Below the pieces are notes generated by a model. The model was not told the origin of the DNA and did not search any database. It worked only from the letters and a program-made list of their open reading frames with translations. A stretch of 64,000 bases of DNA from Schizochytrium sp. TIO01 (Eukaryota > Protista > Bigyra: Labyrinthulomycetes), in NCBI GenBank assembly GCA_004764695.1, contig SMSO01000004.1, positions 1,240,001 through 1,304,000 of the forward strand, read 5' to 3'. This document shows positions 34,601-42,853 of this stretch, piece after piece. The number at the start of each line of letters is the position of its first letter. Position 1 is the stretch's first letter. A program made the translations under genes and the position numbers.

Positions 34601-37600
34601 AACCTCTTCACTTGCTCATTGTCCCGGCCACTTGTGGATAAAGAACGCCCTCTATTGGTTTTGACTGCATCAAATGGCTCAATATTTGATGCTGCAACTT
34701 GGTCATCAAAATCACCATCGTCAAAAGCAACAGCATACGTTCCGTCCCGATTAACATTTGAGATCTTGCCAATGAAGTACTCTTCACTGCCTTTAAAGCG
34801 AGCTTTGACTTTGTCACCCCTTGATAGGGAGCCTTTGACGCGTGAGCTGGCATCTCGTCGTGGAGAAGATATTTTCCGGATTAGTTCAGACGAAATGTGA
34901 CGCTCCTTGTCTCCATCATCATAATCAATAGAATATGTCCCGTCACGATGCTCAGCAGTAATTCGACCTTTGTACCATTTGGAACCGCCTCCAAATTTAG
35001 CTTCGACATGCTGATTAATACGGAAAATTTTCTCGTCCCGAGGCGACCTAGACTGCGCACTGTTATCACGGCGTGGTGATCGAGACCGAAGTCGTTCGTT
35101 TCTCCGAGGTGACCGTGAACGTAATCGCGAACGTGGACTTGTTCTGCGAGGCGACGACCTATCTGCGCTTTTAATCAAAGACGGCTTAACGCGAGTCTCG
35201 CGGTCCCCATCGTCGTAGTTAATATCACACGTTCCATCAGAGTGCACCTTGCAAATGACTCCTGAGTATAGTTGTTGGCCGCCTTGGAAATAGGCTTTAA
35301 CTCGTTGACCATCAACAAATGTAGCTTCCCCGGAAGAGCTCTCCTCACGTTCAGACCGCCTAAGAAGAGAAGCACTAACATTGCTTTCACTGTCGCCGTC
35401 GTCATAACTGACATCATAAGTGCCATCGCGATGAACACGTCTGATAGTTCCTGGAAACCAGTTTCCTCCACCTCCAAATCGACCTTCTATACGTTCACCA
35501 GTACGAAAGTCAGAGGTGAGAGATGAGTTAGTTTTCCCACCACGCGGGGATCCTGCCCGACGGACAAGCTTGGGTGGGACCCGTTTCTCGCTGTCACCAT
35601 CATCGTAATCAATATTGTACGTCCCGTCCCGGTTCACGTGAGTAATTTTACCTTTGTAAAATTTTGATCCACCCTGAAATTTGGCTTCTACCCGATCTTC
35701 AACTTTAAATGCTGATTCTCGATCCTGATCTGTGTCATTGTCTGTTGAAGGTGATATGACCTCTCTATTTCCAGACAAAAGTCCCAATTCATCACATATG
35801 CCAAGCAATTGGTCAAACGAAAGTTCATCTCGCGCACCAGCGCCCTGATTTCTTGCAGCTGCCATCATCCCTCGTCTCTCAGATGAAGTGAGTGCTCGCC
35901 CAAGAAGCTTGCGAAGCAGTTCTACAGCTGAGCCTAGTGTTACGCCTTTGGTTTCCCGGTCAAAGAGATATCGAAGACGATCTTCTTCGCCTGATTTTGG
36001 TCTAGCCTTTGCACGATGTGACGTCTGCTTCAAGCGAATAAGTCTGACTGGTACTCGCTTCTCAACATCACCGTCATCGTATGCTATGTCGTATGTTCCA
36101 TTGGTATAAGTTCGAGTAATAACTCCATTGTACCACTTATTTTGCCCACCAAAACGTGCTTCTACTTTATCGCCACGTTGGAAAGTATTTTGTATGTCGG
36201 TTTCAGAGTCAGATCCTACTTCGGTACGGGTGCGTGGTGATCGCGACCGCGATCGCGATCGCGATCGTACACGAGGGCGGGTATCTAATGGTTTAATATC
36301 TCCAATGTGAACTCCTTGCTCTGCATCTCCATCGTCGTATGTTACGTCATATGTTCCGTTGGTGCGAACTTGAGTGATAGTTCCAAGATAGTATTTGGAT
36401 CCTCCGCCAAATCTCGCCTCGACTCTATCACCTCGCTTGAAAGCTTGCTGTGAAGCCTCGCCGACGGATAGTTCGTCCCGCCGTGGGGACCGTGAACGAC
36501 GCCGCACCTGTGAGCGGGAACTTTGATTTGTTGACTGAATCATTGAAGCACGAACGCCTCTTTCAATGTCTCCATCATCATAAGCAATATCATACGTTCC
36601 ATTGGCATGCACACGTGCAATAGTTCCTGGATAGTATTTATGACTGCCACCAAATCGTGCTTGAACTTTTTCTCCACGTCGAAATCCTTTGACATCAGCT
36701 TCACTTTCTGCTTCGGATTCGCCAACCGAGCGTTGCTTATCTCTAGGAGAGCTTGAACGGCGCCGCCCCCCCCTAGCGCGAATCATTAAAGAGCGCACGC
36801 CCTGCTCGGCATCTCCATCATCATACTTTATGTCATATGTACCATTACTATGCACCCTTGAAATTGTTCCACTGTACCATTTCAATTTCCCGCCAAATCG
36901 GGCCTCAACCTTATCTCCACGTCGAACAGTCTGTTCTACCTCGCTATCAAACTCCGAATCCATACCGCCTCGATCACGAGGCGATCGAGATCGTGCAACA
37001 CGTCCTTTAGCCCGAATCATAGATGCGCGAACGCCTCGCTCAGCATCGCCGTCATCGTATGCTATGTCGTACGTCCCATTCATGTGCACCCGTGTAATAG
37101 TACCACTGTACCATTTTGATTTACCCCCAAATCGAGCTTCAACTTTGTCACCTTTTTGGTACGACTGTGCTTGATCTAGTTCGCTCTCGGCGTCCGTATC
37201 GATTGTCGATCGATGACGAGGAGATTGCGAGCGAGGGTTTCGGTCCAGGGTACGGATAAGCGCAGATCGGACGCCACGTTCGGAGTCTCCATCATCATAT
37301 GCAATGTCATATGTTCCGTTGAAATTGACTCGTGAGATAGTGCCAGTAAACCATTTAGATTTTCCACCAAATCTAGCTTCGACTTTTTCTCCACGTCGAA
37401 ATCCCTTGGCATCCGTATCACTTTCCGCTTCCGAGTCTACTGGTGGTGCTCGATGGCGCGGTACATTAGCACGAATACCATTGTTACTTGGGCGAATCAT
37501 TCCCGAAGATACACCTTGCTCGGCATCTCCATCATCATACTTTATGTCATATGTACCATTACTATGCACCCTTGAAATTGTTCCACTGTACCATTTCAAT

Positions 37601-40600
37601 TTCCCGCCAAATCGGGCCTCAACCTTATCTCCACGTCGAAAAGTCTGTTCTACCTCGCTATCAAACTCCGAATCCATACCGCCTCGATCACGAGGCGAAC
37701 GAGATCGTGCAACACGTCCTTTAGCCCGAATCATAGATACGCGAACGCCTCGCTCAGCATCGCCGTCATCGTATGCTATGTCGTACGTCCCATTCATGTG
37801 CACCCGTGTAATAGTACCACTGTACCATTTTGATTTACCCCCAAATCGAGCTTCAACTTTGTCACCTTTTTGGTACGACTGTGCTTGATCTAGTTCGCTC
37901 TCGGCGTCCGTATCGATTGTCGATCGATGACGAGGAGATTGCGAGCGAGGGTTTCGGTCCAGGGTACGGATAAGCGCAGATCGAACGCCACGTTCGGAGT
38001 CTCCATCATCATATGCAATGTCATATGTTCCGTTGAAATTGACTCGTGAGATAGTGCCAGTAAACCATTTAGATTTTCCACCAAATCTAGCTTCGACTTT
38101 TTCTCCACGTCGAAATCCCTTGGCATCCATATCACTTTCACTGTCTGATTCAGCATGGCTTAATGTACGACGCGGAGAACGTGATATTGGTCGTATGTCT
38201 GGAGAATCTAGGCTTCGAATCATAGATGCACGAACCCCTTGTTCTGCGTCACCATCGTCATAGTCAATATCAAAAGTATCATCCATATTAGCTCTCGTGA
38301 TAGTACCCTTGAACCATTTACTACCACCTCGAAAACGAGCTTCTACTTTTTGCCCTCTTCTAAATTCCTCACGTTCTTGAAGACTACCCTGAGGACAGGC
38401 CTCTTCCCGAATTGCATCAGACGAACAAGATAGAATACCAAGAGTCTCACAGAGTTCCAGAAAAGTCGTTTCTGTAAAAGAATCCCTAGGTCCAATTTGT
38501 CTATCTTTCACAAAATCACTGATTTGTTTCCTCTGAGATGCAAGAACAGGTCTACCCGTTAACTTCCGAAGTAAAAGCGACACATTACTCGCTGTGACTC
38601 GAGAGCTCGTTTGGAATATGTCCAGAGCCCTTTCTTCGTCCATGGAATTGGGATTCTTGCTTACTCCACGAGAATTTTGCGATGATGATGATTGTAAAGA
38701 CGAATTCTCATAGTTCATTCTAGCGCTACGAGATGGGGGCGATCGTCCCGTATTCCGCAATTGTCTTGGTGAAGACACTTCTCTTCCAATTGAACGAACC
38801 AAATATGGCTCAACACCTCGTTCTTGATCACCATCCGCGTAATTTATATCCACAGAACCATTTGAATGAACCCGAGCAATTGTGCCCTTGTACCAGCGCG
38901 ATTTCCCCCCAAACCTGGCTTCTACTTCCTGGCCTCTCTGGAATGACTGTTCTTCAGCATCAGATATTACATTATCTTGATAGCGACTTGACCGAAGAGA
39001 TTCGCGTTTAGATGTCCCTGCGCTAGATTTACTACCTGAAAACTCTGTAGAGGTTTCCGGTGATGCATTTGATGTGTCCTGTACTCCTAAGGCTCCACAG
39101 AGGTCCTCAAACTGCTCTAGTTCAAAGATGTCTCTGGGGCCGATACCATTAGATCTTGCAAATGATTGAATCTTTGCTCGCTGGGATCCAAGTACAGGTC
39201 TTCCAGTAATTTTTCGTATAACGTTTGAGACATTGCTAATAGTGACACGCCTTTCTTGAAGAAACGTTTCTTGAATTAGAGATCCACTCTGGGGCCCTCC
39301 GCGAGCATTGGTCTTACCAACCATGTGTTCCTCTTCTGTAGATGTCACTGATGCTACTCCAGGGGATGCAGGTCCAGTCCTCAATCTTGAAGAAGATACG
39401 TTTGCTGGTCGAATCAAGGACGCCGAGACGTTATGCTCTGCATCGCCATCATCATATTTGATATCAAATGTGCCGTTATGGTTCAAACGGCGAATAACGC
39501 CAGGAAACCAATGTGATCCACCGCCAAACTTTGCTTCAACTTTATCGCCAACTAGAAAGTTATCCACTCCAGTATCACTGTCGAGACCGCTGTCAAATCC
39601 CATGCTTGATCGCCCATGGGTATTATCGAGACTTTGAATCAGGCTTACATCAACTCCTCTTTCTGCATCCCCATCATCATAATCAATGTCATATGTTCCA
39701 TCACTATTGACTCGTCGAATTTTACCATTAAACCAGCGCGAGCGTCCTCCGAAACGAGCTTTGACGGCCTCTCCACGAGCAAAACTAGGGCTGGCAGGCG
39801 TAGGAGAGCGAGGATTGTGCGGTGCATCATGATTCTGGTGACGAACCTCATCACCTGACGTATCTTCTACTAGTCCCAATTCTTGGCATATCATTTCTAT
39901 TTCTTCGAAAGAAAGTAAATCTCTTACACCAAGTCCTAAGCGTTTTCCAAATTCTTGAATTTGGCTTCGTTGACGAGAGAGTACTGGTCGACCTGTTACT
40001 TTCCTGAGAAATGACGATACTGATGCTAGAGTGACTCTGCGCTCTTGATCAAAGAGATCGCGAAGACGTTCATTACTTTTATGTCTAACATCTGATACCA
40101 TTGAGGTCTCACTATTTGATCTGTGTATTCCGCGGGTGCGGGTAAAAGACGGCGAAGACGTCCTTTGTCTAGAGGTAGCGCTTGCTCGCCTTGAAGTTGT
40201 TGTCATGCCTTCTTCTTCTTCTATCTTAATCCCTAACCGTTCACAAAGGTCAAAGAATTGTTGCATTGTCACTTCTGTACGAGGAGTAGCGCCAACTTCT
40301 CTTTGAAATGCCATCAGTTGCTGTCTTTGAGAAGATAAAACCGGTTTGCCAGAGACCTTTCGTAAGATCATGCCAAGTTTGTTAAAAGTAACAGGTGCTT
40401 CTGCTTCAAATATCATTGCGACTTTGCTTGAGTTGCGGTTTGACCCAGTATCAGTTGCACCGCTAGGTGGGGAACGTTGGGCATCTGAGAATTTTGTCTC
40501 TGGTAACTTATCTTCACTCACAGCATGCCTAGTTTGTGGGGATAGTCCTCTGTTCTGACTTGATGAGGAGGGTCGAATGCTGATGCGAAGCTGGCCCGTA

Positions 40601-41190
40601 GAGTCTGACAGTGCACACAGTGAGCGTTCTATGCCTTGGTCAAGCAACTTTGCTATTTTGAACTCGCGACTTCCAAGTTTTGTGGGGCCTTTTAGTTCAT
40701 CAGCCCAGAGTTCAACCATCAGACTTGCCTCAGGATCATCTAAAATATCTGCATTTAGATCCATCGTGGTTTCTTCTTCCCAGCGGGGCTGCTCACCTTG
40801 TTTTACGCTCGTTTGCCACTCTAAGGGCCTTCGAGTGTACTCCGCCTGCAAGACGACCTTGACAAAAGGGTACAGCTCATCTTGAACCTCCACAATACGT
40901 CGCAGCCTTCTACCTTCATGAATAGAGATGTGCAAGCTCCACTGGCCAGGCTCCCCTGTGGCAGACTCTCGAGGCCGTCTCAAGGGTCTTGCTGGAGATG
41001 TTCTAGTCACTTCTGCTCCTCGATTTGCTGCCACCATTCTTGATCTTCTCGGTTCTGCAAATGAGGTTGCGGAGTTTGACGGTGATAGTCTGCCTGAAGG
41101 TGATCTCGAATGACGCGGTGCATCCCAGTCATCGCGAGCCCTACGTCGTGGGCTCTCCAGTTCGCCGTCAGACCCCACCTCCGGACCCAT
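31582..41190 (-). CDS. N-terminal part (~3,200 aa) of giant multidomain protein: C2, 19 Tudor-like repeats, RS-rich linkers, 6 degenerate EF-lobe repeats, EF-hands, 2 PUB domains
   Basis: C2: LHISIHEGRRL...YPFVKV...QTSVKQGEQPRWEE...LMVELW. Tudor-like consensus F-RGDKVEARFGG-SKWY-G-I-RV--NGTYDI-YDDGD-E-GV counted 19 times. EF loops DHDGNGELTEDE, DADGSGSVTLVE, DIDGDGYITARD, DIDNDGSVSVAE. PUB: LINDILARPDD...GGIELMDAIGF and IVMDVLQNPKDSRKWRIR...GYELMSAIGF. First ATG at 41190 (track start 41244 is GTG). Confidence 0.88.
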   Translation of the reverse strand: MGPEVGSDGELESPRRRARDDWDAPRHSRSPSGRLSPSNSATSFAEPRRSRMVAANRGAEVTRTSPARPLRRPRESATGEPGQWSLHISIHEGRRLRRIVEVQDELYPFVKVVLQAEYTRRPLEWQTSVKQGEQPRWEEETTMDLNADILDDPEASLMVELWADELKGPTKLGSREFKIAKLLDQGIERSLCALSDSTGQLRISIRPSSSSQNRGLSPQTRHAVSEDKLPETKFSDAQRSPPSGATDTGSNRNSSKVAMIFEAEAPVTFNKLGMILRKVSGKPVLSSQRQQLMAFQREVGATPRTEVTMQQFFDLCERLGIKIEEEEGMTTTSRRASATSRQRTSSPSFTRTRGIHRSNSETSMVSDVRHKSNERLRDLFDQERRVTLASVSSFLRKVTGRPVLSRQRSQIQEFGKRLGLGVRDLLSFEEIEMICQELGLVEDTSGDEVRHQNHDAPHNPRSPTPASPSFARGEAVKARFGGRSRWFNGKIRRVNSDGTYDIDYDDGDAERGVDVSLIQSLDNTHGRSSMGFDSGLDSDTGVDNFLVGDKVEAKFGGGSHWFPGVIRRLNHNGTFDIKYDDGDAEHNVSASLIRPANVSSSRLRTGPASPGVASVTSTEEEHMVGKTNARGGPQSGSLIQETFLQERRVTISNVSNVIRKITGRPVLGSQRAKIQSFARSNGIGPRDIFELEQFEDLCGALGVQDTSNASPETSTEFSGSKSSAGTSKRESLRSSRYQDNVISDAEEQSFQRGQEVEARFGGKSRWYKGTIARVHSNGSVDINYADGDQERGVEPYLVRSIGREVSSPRQLRNTGRSPPSRSARMNYENSSLQSSSSQNSRGVSKNPNSMDEERALDIFQTSSRVTASNVSLLLRKLTGRPVLASQRKQISDFVKDRQIGPRDSFTETTFLELCETLGILSCSSDAIREEACPQGSLQEREEFRRGQKVEARFRGGSKWFKGTITRANMDDTFDIDYDDGDAEQGVRASMIRSLDSPDIRPISRSPRRTLSHAESDSESDMDAKGFRRGEKVEARFGGKSKWFTGTISRVNFNGTYDIAYDDGDSERGVRSALIRTLDRNPRSQSPRHRSTIDTDAESELDQAQSYQKGDKVEARFGGKSKWYSGTITRVHMNGTYDIAYDDGDAERGVRVSMIRAKGRVARSRSPRDRGGMDSEFDSEVEQTFRRGDKVEARFGGKLKWYSGTISRVHSNGTYDIKYDDGDAEQGVSSGMIRPSNNGIRANVPRHRAPPVDSEAESDTDAKGFRRGEKVEARFGGKSKWFTGTISRVNFNGTYDIAYDDGDSERGVRSALIRTLDRNPRSQSPRHRSTIDTDAESELDQAQSYQKGDKVEARFGGKSKWYSGTITRVHMNGTYDIAYDDGDAERGVRASMIRAKGRVARSRSPRDRGGMDSEFDSEVEQTVRRGDKVEARFGGKLKWYSGTISRVHSNGTYDIKYDDGDAEQGVRSLMIRARGGRRRSSSPRDKQRSVGESEAESEADVKGFRRGEKVQARFGGSHKYYPGTIARVHANGTYDIAYDDGDIERGVRASMIQSTNQSSRSQVRRRSRSPRRDELSVGEASQQAFKRGDRVEARFGGGSKYYLGTITQVRTNGTYDVTYDDGDAEQGVHIGDIKPLDTRPRVRSRSRSRSRSPRTRTEVGSDSETDIQNTFQRGDKVEARFGGQNKWYNGVITRTYTNGTYDIAYDDGDVEKRVPVRLIRLKQTSHRAKARPKSGEEDRLRYLFDRETKGVTLGSAVELLRKLLGRALTSSERRGMMAAARNQGAGARDELSFDQLLGICDELGLLSGNREVISPSTDNDTDQDRESAFKVEDRVEAKFQGGSKFYKGKITHVNRDGTYNIDYDDGDSEKRVPPKLVRRAGSPRGGKTNSSLTSDFRTGERIEGRFGGGGNWFPGTIRRVHRDGTYDVSYDDGDSESNVSASLLRRSEREESSSGEATFVDGQRVKAYFQGGQQLYSGVICKVHSDGTCDINYDDGDRETRVKPSLIKSADRSSPRRTSPRSRLRSRSPRRNERLRSRSPRRDNSAQSRSPRDEKIFRINQHVEAKFGGGSKWYKGRITAEHRDGTYSIDYDDGDKERHISSELIRKISSPRRDASSRVKGSLSRGDKVKARFKGSEEYFIGKISNVNRDGTYAVAFDDGDFDDQVAASNIEPFDAVKTNRGRSLSTSGRDNEQVKRFKYVFDRESRVTPGTAAEVIRKTIGTPLSSDQRKDAYMFCKQKGMQTSKALTFEEYKSICIALGVLEDTDVSGSEESSESERRRSRARSRSRSRSRSPRESSKKKFQVGDRVKAQFGGGDAWYPGRIVTVHRDGTVDIDYDDGDKEQRKTPDSVRLSSPRTADRNRKSASPRKSGRKSIWSKMRRLAAREAGHGHRPPSLQDIEEEADYLARCKKILGTRRFRELQRAFNKYDHDGNGELTEDEVARTFRDMGKSFSRSDIRKWMQEVDADGSGSVTLVEFIQAYTGIMFGDESEDSSDSSSSADHHKHTTRRRGRSHSRSRSMRSKHRSRSFSYSSESSFSSGAEVTERKLWKKEAWAKQLDHDTTGAIEDAFEEYCSKTRRGRRILPAKYFRVALVSTGKEASISQVGEYMRIMGLRKHDALSLPEFAHAYVYMFCDPEKDEFGRVGSYYEKLWGSGKTGGATLGQRSTMGDTETIAALAAQIFRSGEWKGTRVQHEAFLRKLSIGRSTEDIDALKKLIRAFENIDSEESGEINTSNTESLLRSAARDPVPLRATIEAFSKTRTQTSLPEFLAAFGFVFENITGSPTVPAAFAMLRLHETPRDLRIAAETVLQLINDILARPDDANLWQIRVHDKSFYAKVGRLRGGIELMDAIGFAPQRKASGVISEEGKIQMLALRGIADKHGRAMVEGLPQDLRVMLTVRREEIEQELRVIDGGALTVGEVVRHLQDECTLAELRKVLETALSIVMDVLQNPKDSRKWRIRCANPSFMRKIGQWAHGYELMSAIGFIQDQRADVFVLRGTETGLVGTASSTKSFHFPELTKEVENMLWRRKVDLEGALKALEVTIVTGRATIIEGAPSVKGGEHSQQRELRKQIKAGAPIEQLESFDMDKFQSTMHARSATEELQLKMIRKVFESMDIDGDGYITARDLKEALRQRGHDNSDAAVADWIRARDIDNDGSVSVAEFIASFAHVVPARLEASNSKSCNRDCQAYPICIEKWIW
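36803..38128. repeat. Near-identical intragenic direct repeat: 612 bp x2 (36803..37414 and 37517..38128, offset 714 bp), each encoding three Tudor-like units
   Basis: Identical anchors tgctcggcatctcc at 36803/37517 and ggcatcc ending at 37414/38128; only a handful of mismatches seen. Confidence 0.9.
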
Positions 41191-41757
41191 ACGAGCCCCG
41201 CGCGCCGCTCCGCACAGGCATCCTCCGCAAGGTTCCCGTAGCACTGAAGAAGCTCTCGCCGTCCTGATCTAGCGTGGTCTGAATTCCAATCCCTCTATTC
41301 TTCAATTCCAAAGTTAAGCTCCGCTCGTTCCTGTGTTTCACATTTACGGAGCACTCCACATTTCTCCATTCTCCGTTGAGAAAGCAAAAAGCGGTCTAAC
41401 GGGCGGTAAAATAGGTCTTTAATTTCCTTCCTACGGTTGCCTATGCGACTCTTACTATCGTGCTTTCTGGGCCTTTTGGGGCTTCTTGGCCTTTCCTCTT
41501 TTATCTCTTTTACCTCCTTTATCTCTTTTATCTCTTTTATCTCTTTTATTCTGTCCTGTTTTTTGTTTTGATGGTTCAGGTTTCCTTCCATTCATGGGAA
41601 ACCTACAGGCAGAAGCAGATTCATGAGGTTATGGGATGGCTCAAGGCTTTGTCAAGTTCGGGGAGAAGACAGCTGTTTGCAGAGTGTTTTCCCAATCTTC
41701 TGTACACGTCAAGGGTGGGTAAGTGTGCAAGGATGGACGGGGTCGTACCTTCGCGTC

Positions 41758-41866
41758 CTTGTTGAGAGCGGCGAGGCTTTGTATTTGCGCCAATTTGTTG
41801 GACTGGCCAGCCAAGGCTATCTATATATAAAAGCTTGTTGAGAGCGGCGAGGCTTTGTATTTGCGC
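41758..41866. repeat. 33-bp direct repeat (cttgttgagagcggcgaggctttgtatttgcgc) x2, 76 bp apart, in a divergent intergenic region
   Basis: Copies start at 41758 and 41834 and flank ctatatataaaa. Confidence 0.85.
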
Positions 41867-42853
41867 TATAGCCTATAGTAGGCACATGTTTAAGACTACT
41901 TATGGGCAGGAAACGATAAATGTTTTTTATTCTGCCTCAGCTAACTCGTACTAAAACCAATTAAGTACTAGCAGCAGATAGGAGAGAGTACTACTGTAGG
42001 GGCTGTTTTACTTGTTTTGGAGATGAGACGAAAGAATAGCGCCAAAACCGCAACTGAGGTCCGCTTGGTTTGCGCCCCTGCAGGGCAGGCCATTGGTGCT
42101 TGCCAGGCATACACGCAAGGCCTGTGCTTGTGGCGGCTACTTGAGGACTAGTTGACTGGGCTTCTTTGCGTCGCAAGACCTGTGCGATTGCTAATCGTGT
42201 ACCGGTCTGGAGAGAACTGAGAAGGACAGAAGACGCCACTCCAAAGAAAAATAACTACCGCAAGACCATGGAAAGTCGTATGCCTGGTGGCGTGGCCCGC
42301 TTTCACGCGCGTGCCAAACCGCAGGCGATGAACAATTCTGCACGCCTTAAATCTGGCGTCTGCTTTTCGGCAAATACAGAAGGTAAGTTCACATGAAAGG
42401 CCTTGTTGTTGTTCAGAATTCATCATCATGGAGTCACTCAAATTTATAACTCTTAGTGTTTAGAATAGATAAAACAATAGCTAAAAATGTATAACGGTGC
42501 AGCACTAGGGGCGAGCAAGTTGCAGCAAACGAAGGATGCAGAGCTAACAAGGTGAGAACGTGGGCTCTTTTAATCTATTTGCTTGTGTGCGTGTCTCGTG
42601 TGGGTTAATTTGATAGGTGTTTCGAATATCTTAAAACTGACTCGTAATGTATGCACTCGGCAATGAACGAAATTTGATTCCTTCTTGCTATGATGTCCGG
42701 CGGCGGACGAAATCGCTCATGATAAATTCTGGCCATGTCTTTGAATTTCGGCACTAATTTCTGTGTTCATTATCTATGGTTGTTTTCTGGTGAGAAGTAC
42801 ATGAATATGATGCGGACAGCCCCTCCACAAGACGCCTAGAAATCCGTCGAACT

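Noticed and set aside
41295-41765. ORFs with IKEIKE / FYLFYL runs
   Set aside because: Produced by a 9-bp (TCTCTTTTA)n repeat in intergenic DNA.
42776-42793. In-frame ATG...TGA upstream of the SAP ORF as selenocysteine or readthrough
   Set aside because: No redox-motif context and no SECIS identified; an upstream exon with an intron explains it more simply.
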